Below are positions 30,890 to 40,728 of a DNA stretch of 64,000 bases, in pieces. Every line of letters starts with the position of its first letter. The first letter of the stretch is position 1. Made by a program: the position numbers and the translations under genes. Source of the DNA: Candidatus Velthaea sp. (GTDB taxonomy: Bacteria; Vulcanimicrobiota; Vulcanimicrobiia; Vulcanimicrobiales; Vulcanimicrobiaceae); NCBI GenBank assembly GCA_965214935.1, contig CBDCCS010000022.1:416001-480000 (forward strand). Direction: 5' to 3'. Below the pieces are notes generated by a model, which worked only from the letters and a program-made list of their open reading frames with translations, was not told where the DNA came from and made no database searches.

Positions 30890-31370
30890 ATTCGCCGTTG
30901 CGCTCGGCATTGTAACAATCGTCGCGGTCGCCACGCCCGTTGCAGCGCGCGCCGGAACGGTGTCGGCAATCGACGATGCGGTAACCGGAAAAGCGATGCT
31001 CGGCCGATTTGATTTCGTCGGTTCCTGGCAGCACGTTCGCGGAAAAAACGACGGCCGCAGTAACGGCACGAGTACGCGCAGCACGCGCGTCGGCGATGTC
31101 GCGATACTTGGATTCATGGGAACGCGCGTTCGGCTCTATGGTATCGTCGGCCCGAGCGGCGGGCGCGCCGGTATTGCCGTCGACGAAGCATCGACGGGCG
31201 GCAAGCCATTCGATTTTTATGCGCCGCGGGTGAAAACGCACGTGCTGATCTATCAAAGCCCGGTGATGCCGGCCGGACTTCACACCGTTTCGGTGGTCGT
31301 CTGGGGCACACGCAATCAACACGGCCGCTACTACTATGTCAACATCGATGGTGCCGAAGTCGAGAACTGA
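30861..31370 (+). CDS. Secreted hypothetical beta-sandwich-like protein
   Basis: Signal peptide; FMGTRVRLYG...GLHTVSVVV...VNIDG pattern; start uncertain. Confidence 0.55.
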   Translation: MQCINSAVSKFAVALGIVTIVAVATPVAARAGTVSAIDDAVTGKAMLGRFDFVGSWQHVRGKNDGRSNGTSTRSTRVGDVAILGFMGTRVRLYGIVGPSGGRAGIAVDEASTGGKPFDFYAPRVKTHVLIYQSPVMPAGLHTVSVVVWGTRNQHGRYYYVNIDGAEVEN

Positions 31371-31421
31371 AAGACTGCGAACCGAAATGACCGCGGTCGT
31401 CCAAGCGCAAACGCAAGAACG

Positions 31422-33311
31422 ATGCCGTCCGCCGTTCGCGCCGCTTATCTGCCTTTTCCATTTGTTGCAATCGTCGAGCAAGCCGAACCCAAGCTCGCAC
31501 TTACGTTAGCGGCGATCAATCCGCGCGTCGGTGGCGTGCTTCTAAGCGGTCCGAAAGGCACGGGAAAAACGACGCTCGTTCGCGCGGCAGGCGAGCTTCT
31601 GCCGATCCTCGAGCGCTCTACCTGTCCCTACGGCTGCGATCCGGCCGGTTCCAATTTGTGCGATCAGTGTGCCGCGGCAATCGAAGCGGGCGCAAAACCG
31701 GCGACACGCAAAACGCGCGGTGAGATCGTCGAACTGCCGGCCAACGCACAACTCGACGATGTCGTCGGCGCAGTCGACTTACGAGCGGCACTCGAACGCG
31801 CAAGCGTTGTGTTTCGTCCCGGTTTGCTGGCCGCTGCAAATCGCAACGTGCTGTACGTCGATGAAATCAACTTACTGGCCGATGCGGTCGTCGACGCACT
31901 GCTCGATGCAGCCGCCGCAGGCGTCGTCCACGTGAAGCGGGGACAACACGTCGTCGATTACCCGTCGCGCTTTAGTCTCGTGGGCACGATGAATCCCGAA
32001 GAAGGCGAGCTTCGGCCGCAAATCACCGATCGTATCGGTCTGCGCGTGTTCGTTACCTCCGCCAACGAGCGCGCCGGGCGCTTGGAAATCTACCGGCGCA
32101 ACGCGCGTTTCGCGCGCAATCCGCACGCCGTGACTGCCGAATACGGCAAAGCCACTGCGGCGTACCGTACGCGCTTAGCGCGTGCAATCAAACTGTTGGA
32201 TAGCGTGAGCGTCGAGCCGGAAGCAGAACGCGTCGCAATCGAAGCCGTCACCCGCCTGGGCATCGATAGTCATCGCACGGAGATCGTTACGCTCGAAGCG
32301 GCCGTCGCACTCGCTGCCTGGGAAGGCCGCAAGGCGGCGACGGCGGCCGACGTCGTACGCGTGTTTCCGTTGGCGGCGCGCTTGCGGCGGTCGCGCCTTA
32401 AAGTTGAAGCGCTATCGGAGCACCTTGCCGAAGACGCGGCGATCGCAAACGCGCTCGAACGTATAACGGCCGCCGATTCGAGCGCTACGGACGCCGACGA
32501 CGATGCCCCGCCGAATGGTTCGGCAACGATCGTTTCACCTGAACTTACGCACAGGACGCCGCTCAAAAAACGGCCGCAGACGGCGACCGAAGGCCAGCCG
32601 ATCGCCACCCGACCGCTCGACACCGGTCGCTTGGACATTACCGCGACGCTGGTCGACCGGCGTGTCGCGCAGGCCGCCGGCATTGCGGCCGATCCGCGCG
32701 AACGCGTTGAAGTCGCGACGCCGCCACGGCTCAGCATCCTCGTCGTCGATGCATCGCTCTCGACCAAGGACGCTGCCGAGTACGTGCGTGCCGCCGCGCG
32801 CGAACTGCTTCGTCCGATTTATGCCGAGCGCGAACGCGCGGCACTCATCTCGTGCTGGGGACCGCGTGCCGAAATCGTCGTCGACGAAAATACCGGCCGT
32901 AATGTCGATTTAGTGGCATCGCGATTGCTCGAACTCGAACCCGGAAATGTAAAGACTTTGACTCCGCTCGCGGGCGCGCTCGAGCAAGTCCGGCGCATCA
33001 CCGAGCGATACCGGCGCGCGAATGCGGGCGGACATGTCGATGTTGCAATCTTCTCCGATGGCCGCGCGAACGTTCCGCTCGGTGAAGAAAGCGTTATTTC
33101 ATCGGCACTTGCAGCCGGCGATGCGAAGGCGCTCATGGAACTTGCCGCCGAACAATGCCGCGCGCTGGCCGTGACGATCGCGGGACGCGCGACGCTTACG
33201 TTCGTTAATCTCGATACCTATGAAGCATATCCGCTCATGCGCGAACTGGCAGTGCTTGCCAAAGGCCGTTACTTTGCGCTAACGGATGTTGTTGCGAAAG
33301 TTCCTTCTTAA
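31422..33311 (+). CDS. Magnesium chelatase ATPase: BchI-like AAA+ domain fused to a VWA domain (BchD-type architecture)
   Basis: [47 protein letters not shown]-terminal VVDASLS...TPLAGAL...SDGRANVP. Confidence 0.85.
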   Translation: MPSAVRAAYLPFPFVAIVEQAEPKLALTLAAINPRVGGVLLSGPKGTGKTTLVRAAGELLPILERSTCPYGCDPAGSNLCDQCAAAIEAGAKPATRKTRGEIVELPANAQLDDVVGAVDLRAALERASVVFRPGLLAAANRNVLYVDEINLLADAVVDALLDAAAAGVVHVKRGQHVVDYPSRFSLVGTMNPEEGELRPQITDRIGLRVFVTSANERAGRLEIYRRNARFARNPHAVTAEYGKATAAYRTRLARAIKLLDSVSVEPEAERVAIEAVTRLGIDSHRTEIVTLEAAVALAAWEGRKAATAADVVRVFPLAARLRRSRLKVEALSEHLAEDAAIANALERITAADSSATDADDDAPPNGSATIVSPELTHRTPLKKRPQTATEGQPIATRPLDTGRLDITATLVDRRVAQAAGIAADPRERVEVATPPRLSILVVDASLSTKDAAEYVRAAARELLRPIYAERERAALISCWGPRAEIVVDENTGRNVDLVASRLLELEPGNVKTLTPLAGALEQVRRITERYRRANAGGHVDVAIFSDGRANVPLGEESVISSALAAGDAKALMELAAEQCRALAVTIAGRATLTFVNLDTYEAYPLMRELAVLAKGRYFALTDVVAKVPS

Positions 33312-33393
33312 TGTTATAACGGAATAACATTCGCCGGCAGTAGCGCCGGTTGCGTTCATCGCGACCGCGATGAGAGAAGGATCGTTTCTGCTC

Positions 33394-33786
33394 ATGGCAG
33401 TGAAACGTACCGCCAAAAACGGCGGAAAAGCAACGGCCCGTAAAACATCGGCGCGTAAATCAACGAGCGTAAAAAAGACGGTTCGCAAACCGTTAGCGAG
33501 AAAAACCACAGCGAAATCCGCGACGAGCAAAGCCCTGCCGAAGAGCGGCGCGCGCAAGACGGTGCGCAAATCATCGAGCGCTAAGAAGACCGTGCGCAAA
33601 GCGGTGGCATCGCGGAAACCGGCGGTCGCTCGCAAAGTGACCGCAAAACCCGGCCGCAAAGCAACTGTAAAGCCGGCACGCAAAGTCGCGGTGAAAAAGA
33701 CCGTCCGCAAAGCCGCACCGCGTAAGGCCGCCGCGAAGAAAACCACTCGTAAGGCTGCACCGCGCAGTAAGTCGCGTACGTCGTAA
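33394..33786 (+). CDS. Histone H1-like Lys/Ala/Arg-rich basic protein
   Basis: Repeated KKTVRK and KAAPRK motifs; no acidic residues; RBS-like GAAGGA upstream. Confidence 0.75.
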   Translation: MAVKRTAKNGGKATARKTSARKSTSVKKTVRKPLARKTTAKSATSKALPKSGARKTVRKSSSAKKTVRKAVASRKPAVARKVTAKPGRKATVKPARKVAVKKTVRKAAPRKAAAKKTTRKAAPRSKSRTS

Positions 33787-33794
33787 TCGACGCG

Positions 33795-33816
33795 GCCGGC
33801 TCTTCGCTGAGCCGGC
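33795..33816 (+). terminator. GC-rich hairpin downstream of the H1-like gene
   Basis: GCCGGCTC-ttcgct-GAGCCGGC; no U-tract. Confidence 0.3.
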
Positions 33817-33866
33817 ACTCGTAGGACGCTCGGCTCCGTTGAGTCGCATGCGACCTGCTCGGCTAG

Positions 33867-33909
33867 GGTGACGGCTATCACCGAGCGACCGGCGTCGGCG
33901 GCGTAGCGT
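33867..33909 (+). promoter_or_regulatory. Crp/Fnr-type box GGTGA-cggcta-TCACC (33867-33882) plus -10 TAGCGT (33904-33909); predicts a leaderless bchH transcript
   Basis: Box centre is 41.5 nt before the A of ATG 33916; no Shine-Dalgarno sequence. Confidence 0.75.
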
Positions 33910-33915
33910 CAGATC

Positions 33916-36900
33916 ATGAAGGTTGTCGGCTATTCATCCTGGGCTCCCGACGAGCGCGCAAATGCGATGCGTTTGGCATTTCGCGCGCTACGTGAAAAAA
34001 CGGGACAGCCGTGGGAACTCGAGCACTTTGGGGCGGCCGATTTCAACGATCCGGCGGCCTTGGGGCGGTTACGCCAAGCTATTCGAACCGCCGACATTGT
34101 CGTTGGCTGGCAATCGATGACGAACGATACCGTCGAGCGCATGGCACTGCTCATGACGGAGATGGATCGCGCCGGGGAACTCGAGCGAGTGAAGTTCCTC
34201 TGGTACGATATTCCCGATCCGCGCTTGCAGCAGCTGATGTTCAAGTCGCTGGGCTTCAGCTTCGATATGAACAAGTCGAACCCGATGCGCGAATTGTCGA
34301 TGGCGATTAAACGTTATCAGGCGAAGTCGAAGAACGAGACGATCGACGAGTTGTGGGAAGCGCGCGAAGGCTTTCTCGGCATGCAGAAAATGGTCGGGGC
34401 CGCGCCGTTGATGGCGAAGATCATGAAGAAGCCGGTGTTTAAATCGCTTGTCATGATCGGCTACTGGAACAATCGCAGCGTTAATAACATCGAAAACATG
34501 TTTTTGTACCTCATGGCCAATTTCATGAACAAGGCCTACGCCGGCGACGTCCCGCTGCCGGAAAAGGTCGAGAATGAAGGCATCTATCATCCGGCTCACA
34601 AGGGCTTGTTCCAAACACCGGAAGCGTATCTTGCGTGGTACGAACCGTGGTTTAAGCAAACTTATGGCCGCGGCGCGTGGGAGCGGGTCGGCTTTATTAC
34701 CCACGATCTGTTCTTAGTCGAATGGAACCACCCGACGCTCAATGCGATGATTGCCGCGTGGGAACAACGCGGCGTCGGCGTTATCTGCTCGATGACGGCG
34801 GTTTTTAACGCGCATATCGTTTCGCGCCGGCATTTATTAGCGACGAAATCCAAAGAGTCGCTAGTCGGCGCGGTCTACCATAACGTTCCGCTTTATTTAG
34901 CCGGTTCGATGTTCGCCGGTTCGCCCGATGCAACGATCGAGCTCATTCATGAACTGGGCGATCCGCGGGTCTACACGTCGCCGGTCAATGCAGCGATGTC
35001 GAAGGCCGAGCTGGCCGTTTCCAAATTCGGCGTTGCATCGCTTGAGTATATCGGCAACGTCGTTACGCCGGAAACCGAAGGCATTCAGCCGTTTCCGCCG
35101 ATTTGTTCGCGCGAGCAAACCAGCGCCGACGTCAGCGCGCTCGAACCGATACCCGACCGCGTCGAACTGGTCGCCGAAACATCGACTCGCTGGCTCAAAC
35201 TCCGCGCACTCGATAACGCCGCGAAAAAAGTAGCGCTGTTCGTGTATAACTTCCCGCCCGGTCCGGGTAACGTCGGTGTCGCGTTATTTCTCGACGTCGC
35301 GGCGTCATTGCGTTCGGTACTTGAAACGCTGCGCGACGACGGTTATACCGTTTTGGATATCGACGGCAGCGATGCAGCGACGTCGCAAAAATTACAAAGC
35401 ATGTATGCCGGATATGAAACGGTCGGAGCCGTTTCGAGCGCAGAGATCCGCGATTGGGTGCACGATCTGCCCGTCGCTCACGAAGCGCTCTTCTACGATG
35501 TGTGGGGCCAGCCGCCGGCGACGATTCCGATCAAGGGTCTTCGGTACGGCAACATCCTCGTTCTGTTGCAAGACATGCGCGGAATGGAAGATCTCAGTGC
35601 CGTCCATGATAAAGGCGCGCCGCCGTCACCCTGGCTGCTCGCTTCATATCGCTATGCGACGCGCCGTTTTAATGCCGACGCCCTCGTTCACGTCGGCACG
35701 CATGGTCTGGTCGAATGGTCGAAAGGTAAAGAATGGTGTCCCGCCGCGGGCGATTACCCGGAGTTTCTCATCGACCGGACCCCGCATGCATACATCTTCA
35801 ATATCGTCGATCCGGTCGAAGCCTCGATTGCACGCCGGCGCTCATACGCTACGATTCTCTCGCATTTGTGTCCGCCGCTCGTTTCAGTCGACGGCAGTGA
35901 AGATTTGCGCAACCTGCATCGGCTCGTACACGACTATTACAATACGAATTCAACCCAACTTGAGAAGCGGACCGACTTGAGCGCCGAGATTGCCGAAGTC
36001 GTCGAGCGGTCGGGTCTGCGAATCGATGCGCCGGGTGAAACGTATGCCGACGAGCGTTCGTTCGTCGCGCGCGTTCATGACGAGCTTGTCTCGCTCGACG
36101 GCGAATTCGCGCCGGCGGGTCAGCACGTCTTCGGGCGCAATCTCAGTGACGCAGACCGGCGCTCGACGTTCGAGGCGTGCCTTGAATTTTGCGATGTCGA
36201 TTTGTACCGGCTGGTCGCCAACTGCTATGCTATCGACTACGACCGGCTCAAGCGCGAGCCGCAAGGCCGCGATGCCGACGGCAGCTACAATCACGAGCTA
36301 CTCGACGGCCTGCGTGAAGCCGGCCGCGAGATCATCGCCGGCGAGGTCCTGCGCGGCGGCGCTCTCGGGCGCACGGCAATGCTCGGGATCTTGCAGAGCC
36401 GCACGATCGGTTCGTATCGGTTGAGCTCGAGTCCCTACGATGCCAAAGAACTTGGTGCTTTCATCGAGCGGGCGCGTGAACTCTATACGTTGCTCGGCAG
36501 TGTCGGCGACGACGAGCGCAAAGGTTTGCTGCGTGCGCTTTCCGGCCGCTATCTGGCACCGTCGATGGGCGGCGAGGTCGTCGGTGATTGGACGGTCTTG
36601 CCGACGGGCCGTAATATGGCCTCGACCGACGTCCGGATGCTGCCGCGCGAAGCGGCTTCACGCAAGGCGCGCCGCACGGTCGAGCAAATACTCAGCGCAG
36701 CGGTCGCCGAGCGCGGACATTACCCGGCGACCGTCGGGGTCGTGCTTTGGGGTTCGGAGGTTCTGGAGAGCGACGGCGTCGGTATCGCTCAGGCGCTCGA
36801 TCTCATGGGCGCTCGCGTTCGCAAAGACCGCTTCAATCGAGCGGAAACCGTCGAGCTTATTTCGCTCGACGAACTCGGCCGGCCGCGCATCGACATCCTC

Positions 36901-37812
36901 GCCAACACGTCGGTCGTTTTCAAAAATACGTTTCCGGGCGCGATCCGGCTCATTCACGAGGCGGCTGAACTCGCTGCCGGCGCAGATGAGCCGTACGAGT
37001 GGAATTACGTCAAGCGGCACACCGATGAGCTCATTGCTGCCGGACAAGCTCCCCGACTGGCGCGAGCACGCTGTTTCGGCATGGGCGAAGATGCATTCAT
37101 GGGCCAAGTCGGCGCGATGCTCGATACCGGCAAGTTCGGTGATTACACCGACATCGGCAATGCATGGATGAGCGATAACTCAAATGCGTATCTGCCGCAG
37201 TACGCTTCGATTCTCGTCGAGCCGGCCGTCGACGTGCAGCGTTACCTGGTTGAAACCGTCGAAGTCATTCAGCAGCCGATGGTGCAGATGGCTGCCGGGG
37301 GACCGGTCAAGGAAGATATGTTCGCTTCGTTCACCTCGGCATTCGGCGCAGCTAAGCGGACGCTGGGTCATGCCGATACGATGATTGTCGTTAGCGACCT
37401 CACGCGTCGGGAACCGAAGGTGAGAAACTTTCGCAATGTGGTCGTGAACGGCGTTCTCACGCGGTTTCATTCCCAAGCATGGCGCGACCGGATGATGCAG
37501 CACGGTTATTCCGGCGTAATGGAATTCGGCGATATCTTCAAAGCCATGCGCTCGACCGAAGCGGCGCTCGGCGATACGATCACCCCCGAGCTCTGGAAAC
37601 GAACCGTCGAGGTTACGCTGACCGAATGGGAACGCATCTCGGATGCCAATCCGCATAAAACCCGCGATCTCGGCGAGATATTGCTCGACACCCGGCGACG
37701 CGGAATGTGGGAGGACCGCGAACTCGAGCAGCAGCTCAAAGATAAACTCAATGAACTAGATGCCGATGTAGAGCTTGCCAGCTATCGGCGTCAACTCACG
37801 AAAGATGCGTAA
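33916..37812 (+). CDS. bchH: Magnesium chelatase subunit H (CobN/BchH family), divergent
   Basis: VYNFPPGPGNVG, DALVHVGTHG, EASIARRR, VLPTGRNM, LGRPRIDI, MMQHGYSGVME; bch context and shared upstream box favour BchH over CobN. Confidence 0.8.
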   Translation: MKVVGYSSWAPDERANAMRLAFRALREKTGQPWELEHFGAADFNDPAALGRLRQAIRTADIVVGWQSMTNDTVERMALLMTEMDRAGELERVKFLWYDIPDPRLQQLMFKSLGFSFDMNKSNPMRELSMAIKRYQAKSKNETIDELWEAREGFLGMQKMVGAAPLMAKIMKKPVFKSLVMIGYWNNRSVNNIENMFLYLMANFMNKAYAGDVPLPEKVENEGIYHPAHKGLFQTPEAYLAWYEPWFKQTYGRGAWERVGFITHDLFLVEWNHPTLNAMIAAWEQRGVGVICSMTAVFNAHIVSRRHLLATKSKESLVGAVYHNVPLYLAGSMFAGSPDATIELIHELGDPRVYTSPVNAAMSKAELAVSKFGVASLEYIGNVVTPETEGIQPFPPICSREQTSADVSALEPIPDRVELVAETSTRWLKLRALDNAAKKVALFVYNFPPGPGNVGVALFLDVAASLRSVLETLRDDGYTVLDIDGSDAATSQKLQSMYAGYETVGAVSSAEIRDWVHDLPVAHEALFYDVWGQPPATIPIKGLRYGNILVLLQDMRGMEDLSAVHDKGAPPSPWLLASYRYATRRFNADALVHVGTHGLVEWSKGKEWCPAAGDYPEFLIDRTPHAYIFNIVDPVEASIARRRSYATILSHLCPPLVSVDGSEDLRNLHRLVHDYYNTNSTQLEKRTDLSAEIAEVVERSGLRIDAPGETYADERSFVARVHDELVSLDGEFAPAGQHVFGRNLSDADRRSTFEACLEFCDVDLYRLVANCYAIDYDRLKREPQGRDADGSYNHELLDGLREAGREIIAGEVLRGGALGRTAMLGILQSRTIGSYRLSSSPYDAKELGAFIERARELYTLLGSVGDDERKGLLRALSGRYLAPSMGGEVVGDWTVLPTGRNMASTDVRMLPREAASRKARRTVEQILSAAVAERGHYPATVGVVLWGSEVLESDGVGIAQALDLMGARVRKDRFNRAETVELISLDELGRPRIDILANTSVVFKNTFPGAIRLIHEAAELAAGADEPYEWNYVKRHTDELIAAGQAPRLARARCFGMGEDAFMGQVGAMLDTGKFGDYTDIGNAWMSDNSNAYLPQYASILVEPAVDVQRYLVETVEVIQQPMVQMAAGGPVKEDMFASFTSAFGAAKRTLGHADTMIVVSDLTRREPKVRNFRNVVVNGVLTRFHSQAWRDRMMQHGYSGVMEFGDIFKAMRSTEAALGDTITPELWKRTVEVTLTEWERISDANPHKTRDLGEILLDTRRRGMWEDRELEQQLKDKLNELDADVELASYRRQLTKDA

Positions 37813-37960
37813 CCGGTAACGCACTAGACGATCTGGGCGAACGAAAGTCATACACGAGCTCTTGCGCACGAAGCGGTTTTGGATGAATTCCGGACGAACG
37901 TGGGCGGTTGGTCAGCGTGTACCGCGCGATTCGGTTGCGCAAGAGAGGGCCGCCACGTAA

Positions 37961-39529
37961 ATGAATGGACTGCCGGTCTACATGCCGCACGGCATGTGCT
38001 TCGCTTGGCAGCCGAGTCTGCTCGCGCTACACATCATTGCGGATGCAACGATCGGTATAGCGTACTTTGCAATTGCCGGGACGCTAGCCTGGTTTGTCAT
38101 CAAGCGGCCCGACTTACCGTTCCGAAGTATCTTTTGGATGTTCGCGCTGTTCATCGTATCGTGCGGAACGACGCATTTTCTCTCGATCTACGTGATTTGG
38201 CACCCGGCTTACTGGCTCGAAGGCGAAGTAAAGGCGCTAACGGCGTTCGTTTCGATCGCGACGGCGATTCTGCTCGTGCCGCTCATTCCGAAGGCGCTCG
38301 CTTTGCGTGCGCCCGGCGAACTCGAAAAACTTAACACGGCACTTGCCCGGACGCTCGGCGAACTGCACGACGTCGTACGCAGCTATGAACATGAGAAATA
38401 CATTGCCGGGAGTTTTCAAAGCGCGTCACTGGCGGATATCCCGTCATCGATCGGTGATATCCGCGTATCTGCCGTCTACCGCCCGGGCAGCGGCGATCTC
38501 GAGATCGGCGGTGATTGGTACGATGCGTTCGTTCTGCTCGACGGGCGCGTCGTGATCTCGATCGGTGACGTCACCGGAACGGGCCTTGCGGCTTCGATCA
38601 TTATGTCAAAAGTGCGTCAAGCGATTCGGGTTGCAGCGCAGATCCAAGTCGATCCGGCTCGCATTCTCGACGCGGCAAGCCGCTCGTTAGAAATCGAATT
38701 CCCCGACACGATCGTAACCGCGTTCGTCGGCATTATCGATACTGCCGAGAACGTGTTGCAATACGCCAATGCGGGACATCCGCGCCCCGTCGTGCGAAAC
38801 CCGGACGCAACGCTCGTGGAACTTGACGGCGCTTCGCTACCGCTCGGTCTGCGGCGCCGGGGCGAAGATCATAGCTCGCATTGGGATCTGCGGTCGGGCG
38901 CGCTAATCGTCCTCTACACCGACGGTTTGACCGAATCAACGCATGATTACCTCGAAGGCGATCGGCGCTTTCGATCGGTGCTCTTAGGCGAGGGTCTGGC
39001 GGACGCCCAAGACCCCGCTCGCACGATCTTTGACGCGATCCTCATCGAGGGCGTCCGCGACGACGTCGCGATCATGACCTTCCGCCTTCCCGATACGGTC
39101 ATGAACACCAGCGACGAGCAGTGGACGTTCGACTCGGGCGACCACGAACGCGCCGGTGAAATCCGCCGCACGATCGGTGCCAAGCTCGAAGCGCGCGGCG
39201 GAACGTTCGAGAACGTTTTCAATGCCGACATGGTGTATTCCGAACTGATCAGCAACGTTTACCGCTATGCCCCCGGCCCGGTATGCGTCCGGATTAATTG
39301 GCGGGGCAACACCATGGTGTTGCACGTTCTCGACGACGGCGGCGGATTCGAGTTCTTGCCTGAATTGCCCGACGATCCGATGTCCGAACGCGGGCGCGGT
39401 CTGTTTATCATCAACGCACTCGTCGAGGATTTTCACATTCAGCGCCGGCGTTCGGGCGGCAGCCACGCACGCGTCGTGTTACGTGCGCCGCTGCGTCAAA
39501 GCCGTTCCGCCGTCATGCAGCTCGCCTGA
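37961..39529 (+). CDS. Membrane sensor: ETR1-like ethylene-binding domain + PP2C/SpoIIE phosphatase + RsbW-like HATPase
   Basis: ADATIGIAYF, FIVSCGTTH, KALTAFVS; GGDWYD, GDVTGTG, YTDGLTE, DDVA; SELISNVYRY, DDGGGF, ERGRGL. Confidence 0.85.
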   Translation: MNGLPVYMPHGMCFAWQPSLLALHIIADATIGIAYFAIAGTLAWFVIKRPDLPFRSIFWMFALFIVSCGTTHFLSIYVIWHPAYWLEGEVKALTAFVSIATAILLVPLIPKALALRAPGELEKLNTALARTLGELHDVVRSYEHEKYIAGSFQSASLADIPSSIGDIRVSAVYRPGSGDLEIGGDWYDAFVLLDGRVVISIGDVTGTGLAASIIMSKVRQAIRVAAQIQVDPARILDAASRSLEIEFPDTIVTAFVGIIDTAENVLQYANAGHPRPVVRNPDATLVELDGASLPLGLRRRGEDHSSHWDLRSGALIVLYTDGLTESTHDYLEGDRRFRSVLLGEGLADAQDPARTIFDAILIEGVRDDVAIMTFRLPDTVMNTSDEQWTFDSGDHERAGEIRRTIGAKLEARGGTFENVFNADMVYSELISNVYRYAPGPVCVRINWRGNTMVLHVLDDGGGFEFLPELPDDPMSERGRGLFIINALVEDFHIQRRRSGGSHARVVLRAPLRQSRSAVMQLA

Positions 39530-39613
39530 GCCGACTGCCGGTCCGCGGACACGTACGTTCCAGGCCCAAGCGCGCGCCGAGTCGTCGGAACCCGGCGCTG
39601 CTTCGGCGCTGAA

Positions 39614-39751
39614 CTAGAAGCCGAGTATACCGACTTTACCGGTGCGGTCGATCCGGTCCAGGAGTGGCGGCATGATGAAAAACGCGCCGATCGAGCCGAT
39701 CGCCATGACGATAAGAACGACGAGGACGGGGACATACGATGGATCTGACAT
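39614..39751 (-). CDS. 45-aa single-TM protein, absent from the ORF track
   Basis: MSDPSYVPVLVVLIVMAIGSIGAFFIMPPLLDRIDRTGKVGILGF; AAGAGG RBS 4 nt upstream; divergent from bchL. Confidence 0.6.
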   Translation of the reverse strand: MSDPSYVPVLVVLIVMAIGSIGAFFIMPPLLDRIDRTGKVGILGF

Positions 39752-39791
39752 ACGCCTCTTTCTGCTGAGTAATGCGGCCGGGCGGGCTGCC

Positions 39792-39834
39792 CGTGATGGT
39801 TATCACCGTTCACCTGGCCCTGCCGGAGTAGCGT
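39792..39834 (+). promoter_or_regulatory. Crp/Fnr-type box CGTGA-tggtta-TCACC (39792-39807) plus -10 TAGCGT (39829-39834) upstream of bchL
   Basis: Same 21-nt spacer and same hexamer as at bchH. Confidence 0.75.
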
Positions 39835-39885
39835 ACCCATAGGACTCGCATGCCGCGAGTTCAGGTACGTCGGCCCGGAGGACAG

Positions 39886-40722
39886 ATGCTAAAAATCGCG
39901 GTTTACGGCAAAGGTGGAATCGGCAAAAGTACGTTTTCATCGAATCTTTCGGCCGCGTTCGGACGCATTGGAAAGCGCACTATTCAAGTCGGCTGCGATC
40001 CCAAGCACGATTCGACCTTTACGCTGACCGGAAATCTTATCCCGACCGTCGTTGAGGTTCTCTCGTCATATAAGTTCAAAACCGACGAGATCGAGCGCGA
40101 TGAAATCATCTTCAAAGGCAAGTACGGTGTTGATTGCGTGGAAGCCGGCGGTCCGCCCGCAGGCGCGGGTTGCGGCGGCTATGTCGTCGGAGAAACGGTC
40201 AAACTGCTCGAAAAATTCGGTGTTTATAAAGATTACGAAGTTATGATTTTCGACGTACTGGGCGACGTCGTATGCGGGGGCTTCTCTGCGCCGCTTCAGC
40301 ATTCCGAACAAGTCATCATCGTTGCAACGAACGACTTCGACTCAATTTTCGCTGCCAATCGCATTGCGACGGCGATCGGCATCAAACAGAAGACCGGCGG
40401 CGGTATGCTTGCCGGATTGGTCGCCAATCGTGCAAGCAATACGGAACTCGTCGGCCCGTACGCCGAACGCATCGGCTCCGTCTGCTTAGCGGTTATTCCG
40501 GAGAACGACGGTGTTCGTAAGAGCCGCTTGACCGCCCAGACCGTTTTCGAGCAAGATCCTAGCGGCTTCATCGGCCGTCCCTGGGTCGACTTGGCGGAAC
40601 GCCTCCTCGCCGGCATTCCGCTGGTCGTACCGACGCCGATCCCCGAACGCGAGCTCTTTTCGCAGCTCGGCGCCGATTATGTCCGCGCCGCCGACATTGC
40701 GGCGCCGGCAATGGCGGTATAG
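39886..40722 (+). CDS. bchL: Dark-operative protochlorophyllide reductase iron protein
   Basis: [63 protein letters not shown]. Confidence 0.93.
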   Translation: MLKIAVYGKGGIGKSTFSSNLSAAFGRIGKRTIQVGCDPKHDSTFTLTGNLIPTVVEVLSSYKFKTDEIERDEIIFKGKYGVDCVEAGGPPAGAGCGGYVVGETVKLLEKFGVYKDYEVMIFDVLGDVVCGGFSAPLQHSEQVIIVATNDFDSIFAANRIATAIGIKQKTGGGMLAGLVANRASNTELVGPYAERIGSVCLAVIPENDGVRKSRLTAQTVFEQDPSGFIGRPWVDLAERLLAGIPLVVPTPIPERELFSQLGADYVRAADIAAPAMAV

Positions 40723-40728
40723 GCCGGT

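Noticed and set aside
31387..31400. ATGA-ccgcgg-TCGT upstream of the BchI/D gene as a fifth box
   Set aside because: Several mismatches to the consensus and no -10 at the conserved spacing.
33279..33881. 200-aa hydrophobic minus-strand ORF
   Set aside because: Antisense shadow of the Lys/Ala-rich H1-like gene.
37813..37960. Riboswitch between bchH and the ethylene-sensor gene
   Set aside because: Inverted repeats exist (CTCTTGCGCA/TGCGCAAGAG), but I cannot match any known riboswitch consensus.
39886..40722. nifH or bchX
   Set aside because: [10 protein letters not shown] and [14 protein letters not shown] are BchL/ChlL signatures; NifH has GCAGRG and BchX has GCGGRG.
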